A DNA stretch of 63,857 nucleotides, counting the filler, from Kipferlia bialata (lineage: Eukaryota), in NCBI GenBank assembly GCA_003568945.1. It is 6 parts of 6 records of this genome, joined end to end, with 100 filler letters (N's around TTAATTAATTAA, not from the genome) between each part and the next. Parts side by side here need not be neighbours in the genome. Positions count along the whole stretch, not along the records: positions 34,513 to 40,878 come from BDIP01001244.1; positions 40,979 to 52,368 come from BDIP01001245.1; 4 more parts are not named here. One strand, 5' to 3'. Numbering within the stretch: position 1 is the first letter of the stretch; each line of letters begins with the position of its first letter. Under the pieces are notes generated by a model. The model was not told the origin of the DNA. It saw only the letters and a list, made by a program, of their open reading frames with translations, and did not search any database. Of the stretch, positions 36,113-50,057 are shown in pieces. The translations under genes and the position numbers were made by a program.

Positions 36113-38631
36113 TAGTATAGACACACAAGACAGCTGACACTAAGGTAGCTATATTTACATGTTGTATTCGATATATGCCGAGACGGTATATTTTGGGTTC
36201 AACGTTATGTATCCACATACCCCCCAAGTCGGACACACTAAGGTGGGGGCGCTGATGGATTTCAAAGCAGTCGATCCGTAGCCATACCCCCATAATGTCA
36301 TCTCCCCACACATATTCACCTCTAGGGCAATGTGTTTGTGTCCCAGCTAGACCCCAATGTCTCTGCCCGCCAGATCTGTCAGGCCTTTGAGGGGCATGGC
36401 GGGGTGGTCTCGGTGAGGTAGGAATGGCCATATACGTACCATTTTTGACTGCTATACAGCACGCTATTAATATTTGTATATATATCATTCTCCCATAGAC
36501 CTTATCTCAGGGTGCTGCGCAGGTACTCTGGCATCCTGTGGGGTGCCTATGTACAGTTTGAGAAGGCAGAGGAGGCGGCCAGGGTGATAGAGACTGTCAA
36601 TGGAACAGTAGTGCTAGGTATCAGAATATATATATGTACTCATACATGACACCAGGCACAGAGGTCATGGTTATACTGAGACTGATTGTATCAGTATCAA
36701 TGTATATATATATGTACTCATACTGACACTAGGCACAGAGGTCAAGGTGGAGGCATATGTACCCACGCAGCAGAGGGTGGGGGGGAACAAGAAGGTATTC
36801 ACCGAGAATACTATGAAGGAGTCTCAATATATATTTTTGAGACTTGCTCTCTCTTCCTTTGTATATATAATGTATTGATACTCACCCCTAGGAGTGGGAC
36901 AATGTATCAGTATCTGTATCTGTATCTGTATATATGAATCTATGAGTCTAATCATCTCTATTGCGTATGTATTCTCACCCCCAGGAGTGTGACAATGTCT
37001 TTATCGACAACCTGCCACCTGGATTCACGTCAGAGGGTGGGTGGTATTGTGTACATGAGTATACATATCACTGTAGTGTGTATCACTATGCATTGTATTA
37101 TTTTTTATTATGCGCCTCAGAGTGTGGGTGGTAGTGTACATGGAGAAGTGTCACTGTAGCGTATGCCCCTATGTATAGTGATATTATACATCTCAGAGGG
37201 TGGTGTGTGCATATGTATCACTATGCATCAAGCAGAATAGTAGTATATGTTGCCTGATACCAGCTCTAAGGGTCCTCCTAGAAAAGCATGTGGGACCTAC
37301 CCTGTCAGTATATGCAGGGGTCGACACAAGGAAGGTATGAACTTGGGGAATCCACATGTATAGGATGTATATACTGCGTTGATGCAAGTATCATTACACA
37401 TACCCACCCCAGCATATTGGCCGTGTGTTTGGTTCTGCCAGGTTTGCCAGTCATGAGGATGCAGCTAGGGCCCTAGACATAGTGCCAGAGGTATTAGATG
37501 TAGATATATAGATATATAGAAGTATGCATGAGTATGCATATACACATGAGGATGCAGCCAGAGCCATGGACATAGTGCCAGAGGTAAAAGATGTAGATAC
37601 ATAGAGACATTTAGTATGCCTCTTTACACATTTGTATATATATGTGTGTGAATGATTCTCTTTATTCATAAGGATATATATATGTGTAATTGAACATAGG
37701 GTTAGGGTCGTATGCATTCTGGCAAAGGTATCACTACTCTTGGGACCGATTGGAGCCATCCCATGTTTATAACCTTCCAGATACCCTTGGAGGATGGCCA
37801 GACTCTAGTCTGTTGTCCCCACAGGGCAGCAGCACAGAGACAGCGAATGAGCCATGTATGAAAGAGTACTTCTATAGATTGTATATATATATATATTATA
37901 CAGTGGCAACGAGACAAGAAGAAGTCTACTGATGCTTCATTCAATATTGACGGAGTATGTATGACGCTGAATACACATATTGACACAGGATGAGGGAAAG
38001 GAGAGAGAGGCCCTCTTCTACGACTCGGGGAGGGGTGTGTTTGTGGTGGGCATAGGGTATGTAAAGTGTAATGTAATGTATATATATTAATTATAGTATA
38101 TATAATATCAGGTTTGGCCCCACCAAGGCACCCGTGGTCAGACTCATGACTGAGGCACTGCAGGGGTGTGGGCCAATTACCATGGCTGCCCTCTTTCCCA
38201 AGAGGAAACAGAGGCCAAGGATGGGCATAGTCGTCTTTGAGAGTCCGGAGAGTGCCACCAAGGCTATCGAGGTTGGTATATATTCTCTCGTCGTTGGTTT
38301 GTAGTGACAGCAATTGATATTTCTGCCCTTGCTCCCATCGTGTGTAGATGTGTTACTAACTGCAGACCCTGGATGGCACACTGATCCCCTCCGTGTGTTA
38401 GTGTCTGGTGTACTATAGCACTTTGGACATTGTATTACGTACTCTTATACTATAGTACTATAGACATGTTACTAACTCCAGACCCTGAATTGCACCCTGA
38501 TACCCTCCCTCAACATGAGTGCACCTGTCCAGGTGTGCAAGGCCCAGAGGTCCTGGTTTGACAACCCAAATGCCATCACCAAGACGGTTAGGAACTGCAC
38601 CGTGACACTTAATGGAGGGAATGGTTGCTAG
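34938..38631 (+). CDS. four-RRM RNA-binding protein, divergent PABP-like without MLLE/PABC tail; 5'-partial
   Basis: RLFFKGVP, GDIYFRDREVAQEAL, GAYVQFEKAEEAARVIETVNG, NVFIDNLPPGFTSE, FGSARFASHEDAARAL, GIVVFESPESATKAIE|TLN...VQVCKAQR; stop 38631. Confidence 0.75.
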
Positions 38632-38871
38632 ATACTTCCGTATGTAGCCACATACCTATGTGACGCCTGAGACGGCAAGAATGCAGTCTGACCCCTCACT
38701 CTTCCATAATTGAGATGTGATGGTATCAGCACCAAAAAGAATATATAGTTCGTTGCCTCAATGCAATATAGGTTCTTACAGTTTGAGCATATGTGTAGTC
38801 TCAGTCACGCAGATGAGTGTACTATTATGCCCAATATGTTCTTTTAGATATTACTACACATATATATACGT

Positions 38872-40456
38872 CTATATCTTGGCACACACATCCATCCTCA
38901 GCAGCTCCTCCTGTCTGGCCTGCAGCCTCTTAATCTCTCTCGCCCCCTCATCCGCCTCCCTCTGCAGCCTGTCCCTCTCTCTCTCCCTCCTAACTTGCTC
39001 TAAGTCAGCCTCCAGGTCTCTCTGGGACAACAGCGCAGAGGTCTCACTCTCCTCACTACTGCTATTGGCACCCTTTAGCTTTGCACCAAGCCATGGGAAG
39101 AACTTCTTGTAGCTGAAGGAGAGAACTAGCACACCTAAACCCAGTAGGGCCACCAGTATGCCGGCCCACAGGTATACACCCTCACACCCAATGTCAACTT
39201 GGTCCTGGGTGAGGCTGGAGACTATACACAGATGGATAGTGATAAGAGTTCTCTTCTGGATGAATATTCTATGTATATAGTATATATTACACACGTTGTG
39301 TCTTCATTCAGTTAAGAGGTCGCAAAGTGGGATACCTTGGTAAAGGCGCACGGCTCAGTGTACTCTAGTGTGCATCTATCTGCAGGGAATACCCTCACGG
39401 AGCGAGTGCTACCCACTACAAAGGAGTCACAGAAGTCAGTTTCCTAGGGTGACAACAGTACTGCATTCTAAGGAAGTGCTGAGAATAATAATCACCGAAT
39501 ATTGGTAGTTCAATCGTGTGACCAGCTATGTACATACTTGTGTTAACCTTGTACATTATATTTCTGTGTACCCTCCAAGTATCAGCACTATATATTATTG
39601 TATCATAGAATTCATTGTAGAGTACTATCAGTAACAGGCTGTTACTATCAGCACTATATTCATGCTATTTAGTATCTATATGCAGTGTATAGTACACACC
39701 CATACAAACAGTCTGTATACCTCCGTGTATCCCCCATGGTCAGTGGGGAATGGACGTCTGAACTCGTTAACGAGGTTGTACCTAACTCCAGTGTCCCTGA
39801 ATGTGAGTATGCTTGGGCTGTTAAGAATGCGATTCAATGCTGGTGTGTGGACTCCTCAAGAGAGAGAGTGAACAGTCACAGTTTCAAAAGGATTTCCACT
39901 CATTATGTGTATTACATGGATGAGTATACAGCATAGATAAGTGTATAAATATTCTCATCTATGTATACCTGTCTTCCAACATCACCTCGCACAGGTATGA
40001 ATAGTATCCATCCGAAGAGGAAAGGGTGGTGTCAGAGTGGTCACAGTCTGAATCAGCAGAAGGGGTGTTGGGGTTCACCACGTAGTCGTAGTCTATATCC
40101 TCATGCCAGAAGGTGTGGACATATGTGCGCTGGACAGTTGCGTCTAGACTGATGGGTTAGAGGGGTATACAGGGTATGTGACATGTACTAAGAATTCACA
40201 TATAAACATGGATATACAACACACCCAGCTCTAACATTCAACAACTGTAAGGACGCATGCTCTAGTATTTGAATATAGGACTTGCATTATCTTCAGTTGA
40301 ATATATGCACACGTACGGGTCAGAGAGCACACCCAGACACACACCCATCCCCTTAGACCCGGCCCAGATCCAGAACCCACCCCAGGCGAGTATCAGAAGG
40401 GACAGGAACCCGATCCACTGCCCAGCCGTGAGCTGTTCCTCATCAGAGTCACTCAT
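38872..40456 (-). CDS. two-TM membrane protein with ectodomain and C-terminal coiled coil
   Basis: MSDSDEEQLTAGQWIGFLSLLILAWGGFWIW..., middle exons, then GVYLWAGILVALLGLGVLVLSFSYKK...ADLEQVRRERERDRLQREADEGAREIKRL. Confidence 0.65.
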
Positions 40457-40995
40457 ACTAGATGGCCAAGGTGGAAAGCCTTAGGGTGACTGTCCACTGA
40501 AAAAGCGTGTAGAGCCTACACCCTTATCTACCAAAAATGTCGATGCATGTCTGCAGTTAACAATCCAAGGTGTTACCAATACGGTCCCCACTCCAGCACT
40601 GATCTTGGCATCTCTTTAGATGATCTATGACGCATCATATCTGTGTATCCATCTACTACACCCCACCCCGACTCTGGGACTGTGACCAGCAGGACATATG
40701 ATATATCAATGATGTAATTTAATGATGATATATCATATCATTTATGAGTGTCAATGTAACTATGCATCTATTACAACCAGTATCTACCCCGACTCTGGGA
40801 CTGTGACCAGCATGATGTTGGTAGGCCTCCCTGACCCACTGACCCTGCACAGCACCACACGCATCACATGGGACGGGANNNNNNNNNNNNNNNNNNNNNN
40901 NNNNNNNNNNNNNNNNNNNNNNTTAATTAATTAANNNNNNNNNNNNNNNNNNNNNNNNNNNNNNNNNNNNNNNNNNNNGTATAGATATATATACA

Positions 40996-42586
40996 TGTCG
41001 GTCCTGGTGGCAGCATGCGACACATTCAGGTACAGTTAGATGGGTATATAGATGGGTATATATAGGTGTGTATGCTAGTGGCAGCATGTGACACATTCAG
41101 GTATGCTCACAGTGATTGGTGTAACTATATCATGTATTCCTACATTTATGTAAAATTGTACATGCCCCTCACCCCTTAGGAGTGGTGCCGTTGAGCAGTT
41201 ACAGAAGCACTGCGACAGACTCAAGTGTGACCTGTACCAGCAGGGTGGGTGGATATGTATACCTACATATAGAGTAGAATATATATATCGATAGATATCG
41301 GTTTTTGTGTGACCTATACCAGCAGGGTGGGTGGATAACAGTGTGCATCTACATATACACTCATGTGTATATGTGCATCTTGTTGATGGAAGAGTCTGAT
41401 GTCAATACCACTGGCCCTGTACCCCCCCCCCCTCACCCCTAGGCTATGGCAAGGATGCCGCTCTGGTTGCCAGATCTGCCATTGTCAAGGCCAGCCAGAA
41501 CAAGCAGGTGGGGATGCATGGAGTCGGATATGTATATATGAATATGAATATGATACTGTATACCACTATACTGATCCCTAGGACGTTGTGCTCATTGACA
41601 CTGCCGGTAGGCTCCAGACCAACTCCCCACAGCTGCACGCACTGGCCAGGTATATGTCTGTGGTGGATATAGTATGTATACATCGAGTCGCAAGTCATGC
41701 ATGTGTGTGTATATGGTTATACCCACACCCAGGCGTGTGGCCACCATAGTATACCCATAGTGCATATCAATCATACATATCCACCGATATATGTTGCACC
41801 TGCATTTGTATATTCCCACCCCCAGGCTTGTGGCCACCAACCAGCCTGACCTTGTGCTGTTCTGTGGCGAGGCCCTGGTAGGCAATGACGGCATCGACCA
41901 GCTCCAGACATTCAACAGGTACAGATGATACAGATTGTGTATATGGTGATAGATATAGATATCCAAGATATCAACTCCTGTGCTCTCTATGCTTCCAGAC
42001 ATTCAACAGGTGGGGTGGGGTATATATACACTGTGCGTGCGTAGATGTATAGATATGGGTATAGATAGATGTTACTGAATATGTAGTACATACCACTTAA
42101 CTACCCCTGGTCTCTACCCCATTCTCATCCTTCTCATCCCAGGGCTCTCATTGACTTCTGTCCTCCCAAGCTGCAGCACCACGTGGTGGACGGAATCATA
42201 CTCACCAAGGTACAGTGTGACACTGATATACGAGTACATGTTTAGACATATGTGTATATGTATCTATATATATATACCCCTCCCTCCCTGACCCCAGTTT
42301 GACACCGTGGGTGCCAAGACAGGGGCTGCACTCAGCATGATATACAGCACAGGTGGGTGTACTATGTATATGTATGTTCATATATATATGTGTGTGTATG
42401 TACACTATAATATATATACAACACAAGTGGGTGTGATGTATTTATATATATATATGTATATATAGTATAATGTATACGTCACACTGACTGCCAGGCAAGC
42501 CCATAGTCTATGTGGGTGTGGGCCAGTCCTACCCAGACATAGTGCCCCTGGACGTGGACTTTGTAGTTGATACCCTGGTGGGCTAG
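40996..42586 (+). CDS. SRPRA: signal recognition particle receptor alpha subunit, NG GTPase domain; 5'-partial
   Basis: [97 protein letters not shown]; the GEALVGND and TKFDT motifs are eukaryotic SR-alpha type. Confidence 0.93.
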
Positions 42587-43285
42587 ATGGGTGAACAATA
42601 GACCGTAGATGGATACATGGGTGGGATTGTGGGCTGGACTGTAATTGTGGGGTATAAACAGGGTGTATAATATATCATTACCAGAGTGTGTGACCATTAA
42701 TTACCATGTTCACAAGGGTGGTAACCTACAACTCAGTGTATATGTGATATGCAAGGTAATGATTTGAAAGCGTCTGCCACCAAGTAAACATGGTTGGAGA
42801 CGTGACTCAAATGAATGTGAGTCAGCATGCCCTTCAGTCAGATATGATAGATATGATAGATATGATATCTGAGATATCCGTTGATGTCTTCCTGCACTCT
42901 ACTCCACAGCGGTGTCCTCTCCTCTGGGCAATCAACACAACCACTAGATCTACTAATGAGCTGGCATATCAGTCTGATATGATATCAGATGGTGTCAAAT
43001 TGATATTGTTAGGTGTTGATTCTGAGTGAACTCTCCGAATCTCCGACAGAAATCTGACTCTGCTTTGGTAATCGTATATATATGCTCTCCACTCTTCTAC
43101 ACCTTGCTATGGCTGACTTAAGAGTGTGTCCTGAGGTTGGATACGGCATGAGCGAGGAGTCTCCACTACTGGGAATGCCAGTTGAGGAGTCAGACTCTAA
43201 CTTAGAGCAGAACATGACATCAAGACTGTGAGTTCTGGTAGCATGTTGGATATTCTATTTTTAGCCTTCTCGTGTCTTACCTCAG

Positions 43286-43442
43286 GTGCCCATGGACCAC
43301 CTGGTGTGCCACCCACCCTAAGGAGTTCTCTGCCCTACCTATCAAGAAGAAGGCCGGGATGAGGGTCATACTGAGGATGGAGGCGGAGTTCGCACAAGCC
43401 ATTATGAGTGGGAGGTACCAGGTGCCTACGGGCTTGAAGTAG
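43286..43442 (+). CDS. isolated putative terminal exon of an unknown gene or relic
   Basis: ttacctcag acceptor followed by CPWTTWCATHPKEFSALPIKKKAGMRVILRMEAEFAQAIMSGRYQVPTGLK*; no in-frame upstream exon resolved. Confidence 0.25.
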
Positions 43443-44769
43443 CTGACAATAGAACATACATCCTGACTCTTTGCGTCAGAAAGGTGTTTTAGAGTAAGAC
43501 ATGGACGCATATGCGGTATTTGGAGGTGGATAGCTTACATAGACATTACATACTTTTAGTTACTATATAATACTGATACTGATACAGTATGATACTGTAC
43601 TAAGTATACTAGAAGCCAAGGTTGGGCAACAACACCTCTATTATGTGGCAATATTCTAGCCTAAACTCTCAAGGTTAGTGAAAAGGCTCTGTTGGCCACC
43701 TATTCCCCTCTCATTCCCCGTTCCGGTTTAGAGACGATGAGGGTCAGACATTAAGTATGAAACAGTATAAATATGCAGGCAAACCCATATATATAGACTC
43801 AATTCCCACATTGGATATCATTCAGCTTCTGACTCCGTTGGATACAGGAATTATTACTTCAGCATGTGTCATGTTGCGATTCTGGTGCAACTCTTGAATA
43901 GGGGAATAGTGATAAGAGTATGGGGGACATTGGTGGTCTCTACAAATAGAGACAGAGAGATTGGCTCTCTTCCAGTAGTAGTACTACTGATTACCAGTAC
44001 TACTGTAGTACTGATTCAATACATATCTACGTGGTCCCCCCCTCTTGTAACTATTAGGAGAACTGCCAACAGTGTGTCTTTCCACCATATCATTGTACCA
44101 GTTACATTTTAAGCCATGTCTCCAGTGCATGTGCTCTCTCTTTGACTCATATACAATACGTACACATCATCAGGTATCTGTATATACCATCAATATCCGC
44201 CATTTCATTAGTCCCAGGGGACTCTCTGAGAGGAAGGAGAGTGAAAGAGGAAGAGAGGGGATGAGCTGGGTCAGATATCACTGTTTGCTGACAGTATGTT
44301 AGTCACATACATCATGTCACATACACCATGTCATTGTTAGTGTGGGTCTCCCCTTCCTGGCAATAAGAGTGGGTAGTGCCACATACAGGTATATAGCGTA
44401 GATATTCTCACGTGCTCTTGCTAGTACATATCTATATATAGTCGTTGCACAATGATGCGATTCAACACTTCACGATCAATACATATATAGATACTTTGTA
44501 GTGCTGTCCATACACCACTATGGTTGGTACACAATCCCACTGATTGGGGACCGACCGTTGAAGAGGTTCTCACTAGTTCATATACATATAGTCCGAATAG
44601 ACACAAAAATAGTGACTTGTATGCCTGAATGCAATACAAATCATGTTAAAATGAAACGATTTATGTACAGGTTGAAAGTATGGAAGAATGTGTGGCCAGG
44701 CAATGAGAATAGGGACACACTTAGGGAGCTAGGATATGTCCAGCACCACTAGAAGGGTGACTGGGAGGG

Positions 44770-47700
44770 TCACCAGTGCGAGGGAGTTAGCCCCATGACC
44801 GTATATACAGAAGAGTGTAGTATCACACCCAGACTCCACTCCCGTGTGATATGGCCATGGTCATTATGAGTGTGTGTGCCTATATACACATCTGGACAGG
44901 TAGTGTTAATGGCAGCTGTGGTTCTACCTCCGTCTGTTCCTCCCCTTGCCCTTGCCCTTGACCTTCTTCACCTGGGGTGGGTATACACTGTAGTGTTATA
45001 CTAATGTACATAATACATGTATATATATATATATATTCATGTACATATATACACGCACATACTTATACATGTAGAAATACACACACATATATACCTTGAC
45101 CATCTTGCCCTGTTTCTTACTCTGTGCATTCTGCTGCTTGGTCAGAATGGCGTCAATGCCACCTGGGGTCAGAGGCAGTGTATACATACATGTATATTAT
45201 TATATATATATATATATATAAATACATACTTATGACATTGGTCAGAATGGCGTCAATGTCACCTGGGGTGAGTACATAGACACACACAGACACACACACA
45301 AGTATATATACCAGGGTGGGTCCGGATACATGGGAACGTTGAATTCACACACAGCTGAATGAGTCTATCTTCATTCTATCATGACCACATATACACATAC
45401 ATATATCCACTATACATACACACCCACCCACCCATCATGCCCACCATGGCTGTATATATGTATATATATCTATCTATATCTATATATACATCTATATAGA
45501 AACACCCACTCACCCATGACTGTGTATACACACACATATATATATACATATACAGCAATACATATACATACACTGTATATATACATATACATACCCATCA
45601 TGCCCACCATGGCCGTGTCGATCATGCCCAGGTTGGTCTGGAGGGTGAGGAGGGTGTATATGAAGTGTCAGTATCATATATATATGTGTGCCACATGATG
45701 TACAGGTATATCACCATAGAGATGTTATATCATCACCACACACATGCATATCTACATACCTTGAACTGCCTCTGCACCATCTTGTCCACACTGAATACAT
45801 ATGGTATATATACATGTATATTATATGTATATATATATGTGTGTGTGTGTATATATGAATCTATCTGCATACCTTGAACTGCCTCTGCACCATCTTGTCC
45901 ACTACTACTCTATATACATATGGTATATATGCATATATACACATACATACATACATATATATTTATGTATCTATATGTATATCTATCTCCATACCTTGAA
46001 CTGCCTCTGCACCATCTTGTCCACCTTGCCATTCATCTCAACTAGGACCTGGGGGTGAGGGTATGCATATAGGGATACTAGATGTATACATGTATGCATA
46101 CACACAGATCAGAGCCCGGATGGCAGCTCTCTAGCACAGATATAGAGGTACATATATATATATACATATATATATATGTCCATGTACTATCATGCACTAA
46201 GCATACCGAGCATAGACCAGATGCCAGCTCTGCCAGTTCCTTCATCTCATCCACACAGCACTCAAGGGCATCCTGACTAAGGGGTTAGACAGTGGGTATC
46301 TATTAGTATATATATAGAGGGGGTGGGTATAGTGTATACATGATACAGCACTCAAGGGCATCCTGACTAAGGGGTTAGACAGTGGGTATGTTGGTGTATA
46401 TATGTGGTATATATAGAAATATATACATGATACACATGATACAGTACCCCAGGGCATCCTCGCTGGGAGCGGGTGGATATATAGATGCACATAAGCGTCT
46501 GTATGGCACACATGATGGGTGAGCATTCATACATGTAAAAACAGACTCATACATAGCATACACCACATACTTGGTGATGTTCTGGTCCAGCTGTCTCATC
46601 CACTATGTTCATATATGTCTACTTAGTGTATACATATAGTAATTTTCTCATATGACTAGTATACCTAGTGATGTTCTGGTCCAGCTGTCTCATCCACTGG
46701 ATGTGTCTCTCTATCAGACGCAGGATCTCATGCCGCAACTCGGCCTGGGGTGAGGGGCATGGTATATACATATATACATATAATAGTAGTACATATACAC
46801 TACTAAACACCACCAAGCATACCTTGAAGCGTGCCTCTCTCTTGGGGTTGTACTTGGCCTTGACACTGGGGGTGAGGGAGGGGTATATATTGAGACACAT
46901 ATACGATGGATGTGTATGTATATATGCATATATATACAGTAGAGTATGTAAATAGGGTGCTTGGCCTTGGCACTGGGGTGAGGGGTATACATAGAGTATA
47001 GAGTGAACACGTACAACAGACATTCATATATTTATATATACATGGTGCACATTTCACCAAATGAGCTCTTGTTCCATGTTCTCTGCATATATATATAATT
47101 ACACACGCACACACAAATACATATGTATATACGCATTCCATACGTACTTGTCCCATGTCTTCTGCAGCTCCTCCTCAAAGGCCTCCTCCAGATACCTGGG
47201 GGGTCAGTATCAGTATGGGGTATATATATATCAGTATGGGGTATATGTATCTCCAGATACCAAGGGGGTCAGGGTCAGTATTGGGTCAGGAACACGTACA
47301 CAGAGTGACTGCTATACAATGCGCCCATATCTAGATATACATGAAATATTACAATGAGAGGCGCGCATAAGATGTATATAATCTCATCAGGTGCCGTCTG
47401 ACTGGTGACACAGCTGATATGGCAGGACTTCCGTGATAGTGAATCATATATAGAACAGAGAAATAACCTATGGATGTAAACACATATTCATGTATGCCAT
47501 ATGAACATGTATATATGGATATGGATATACACTTGTATTCATGCATGCCACGTACCAGAACTTGGTTGATGCCCTGTCGTCGTAGCACCTGGCCTTGACC
47601 TGGGGTGAGTGGCATAATCTATCACCTATATACAATAACAGAATTCACAGTATACTCGAAGGTGTGATATAGCACCTTGTCTTGACCTGGGGGGTGGGTG

Positions 47701-50057
47701 TGTGTAACACATAATACATTCGTATAGGGCGAGAGGGTAGACCTTAAAATATACTTATGTATTAACAATCAAATCAGTACACAATATATTGCAGGTGTGA
47801 TACACACCCACATATAGATATATACCATACCTCCTTGAGCCCGCCCTTGCCGTAGTAGATCTGGTCCCTGGGGTGAAGGCATGCATACATACGATATCAG
47901 ACACAGAGTGTAGACTCTTGATAACTGGTCACTGGTTATGGAGTATAGACCATATATACACTGTATTGTTACTGGCAACCCCAAGAACCATACCTGCAGT
48001 ACCCCTCGAACTCGTCCTTGGTGACATATACATATATGAACAACCATCTCTATGTCTCTGCACCATATATACTGTATATATATATATATATATATATGCA
48101 TCATTACCTGCAGTACCCCTCGAACTCGTCCTTGGTGACGTAGAAGTCCATCTGGGTGACTAGGTAGTCCAGGGTCATCTCCTCCCTCGATTGGGCTAGG
48201 GCTGGGGGTGAGGTATGTATATGTATATATGTGTGTATATATATATAATGTATATATATATATATGTATATATGTATATATCTGTATATCTGTATATATA
48301 TAATGTATATATATATAATGTATAATGTGTAATGTATACACATACATGAATTCTTCTCCCTAGACTGGGAAAGGGATGGGGGTGATATATATATATGGAT
48401 ACACACTCACCCTTGCCTCATCCCACCATGGAATGATAGATATAACTACACAGATGTGTATCTTTTGAGTGTGTTCAATAGAATACCCATATACACCCAC
48501 CCTGGTATCTAGTGCCGTATGACCCCCCTCCATGTGCTGTATACCCTCCATTGGGTATGCCGTTCTCATCTGATATGTCAGTGTCAGTCTATCTCATCTC
48601 ATCTCATTTACAACATACACAGTACTGTCTCTATACACTAATACACATCTACTACCTTCATATCTTGATCTATATACACTCTATTTACCCCCACCTGTCA
48701 TACATCCCAGTGGGGTGATAGGACTAGACACCATATCCCTCTCTATCAACTCTATCAATGTATATACATATATATGTATCCCTATCCATGTACATGTACT
48801 CTATCACTCCATACCCGTGGTCATACATCCCATGGGGTCATAGTCCCATATCCCTCTCCCTCTCTATACATAGAACCATCCATATTACTATCAACATATA
48901 TACTTCAGCTATCCATACCCGTTGTCATGCACCCCATTGGGTCATTGGGCCCCGGCATCCTAGAGGGGTCAGACACCATGGGCATAGGGACATTCTAGAG
49001 GGTGAGGGATAGGTAAAGGTATATATATATACATGAATATATATATATGTAGGTATGTATATACAATGGTCAGACACCATGGCCATCGGCATTCTACGGG
49101 GTAATATGATATATACAGGGTATACAGAGTACAAGTATATATGCAAATACCCACCGCATTCCTGGGCAGCCCTGTGATTGTGTCTGGGGTGTCTGGGGGA
49201 GGGCCCATCATGGACAGCATGGCTGGGTATGAGAATAGATATAAGTAATGCATACATGTAAATACATGTTGTATATAGTATGCGTATGGGCCCATCATGG
49301 ACATGATGGCTGGGGTCAGGGGAGGTATGTATATAATACATATATACTCACACACACACACACATATATATATATATACAGTATGAGTATGGGCCCATCA
49401 TGGACAGTGTACATATACATATATATATACATATATATCATACAGTACATGCATCCACACCCTCTCTGACCTGTGGGGGTATAACAGTGTACATATACAT
49501 ATAAATATACGTATATATCATACAGTACATGCATCCATACCCTCTCTGACCTGTGGGGGTATAACAGTGTACATATACATATAAATATACATATATATCA
49601 TACAGTACATGCATCCATACCCTCTCTGACCTGTGGGGGCATGTTTTCTGCCCCCTCCCCGCCCTGCATCATGGACAGCATCATGGCTGGAGGGTAAGAG
49701 AGAGGGGAATACATATATATACATAATCTATATATACACAGCATGTATACTACCATTTATGTACACCCTGCATAATGGACATCAGCATGGCTGTAAGAGA
49801 GCCATATCATGAATAGTGCGGCTGTATAGTGCGGCTGTACCACACCTCTCTTTATATCTCTATCTATGCCATACCTGCCAGCTGGGGTGGCATGTCAGGG
49901 GGGAAGGGGGTGTCTCCCATGCCTGGCAGGGTGAGGATGGTGTATAGCATAATGTAGTATTGTATATAATGCTATGAGTATACATATATACATACCTGGG
50001 GGTCCTGCATACTGTGGCTCCTCAGATGACTCAGAGTCACTGTAGTCCACATCGACC
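44770..50057 (-). CDS. hypothetical protein with ~20 short exons: Pro/Met-rich N-part and helical C-part
   Basis: VDVDYSDSESSEEPQYAGPP, AMLSMMGPPPDTPD, EEMTLDYLVTQMDFYVTKDEFEGYCR, YLEEAFEEELQKTWDK, AELRHEILRLIERHIQWMRQLDQ, KQGKMVK; ends approximate. Confidence 0.65.
49411..49638. repeat. near-perfect 80-bp tandem repeat (~3 units) spanning an exon end and donor
   Basis: tacagtacatgcatcca(c/t)accctctctgacctgtggggg recurs at 49441, 49521 and 49601. Confidence 0.9.

Noticed and set aside
42600..44750. Transposon or viral insert in the gene-poor interval
   Set aside because: No terminal repeats, transposase or RT motifs, or long ORF could be seen.
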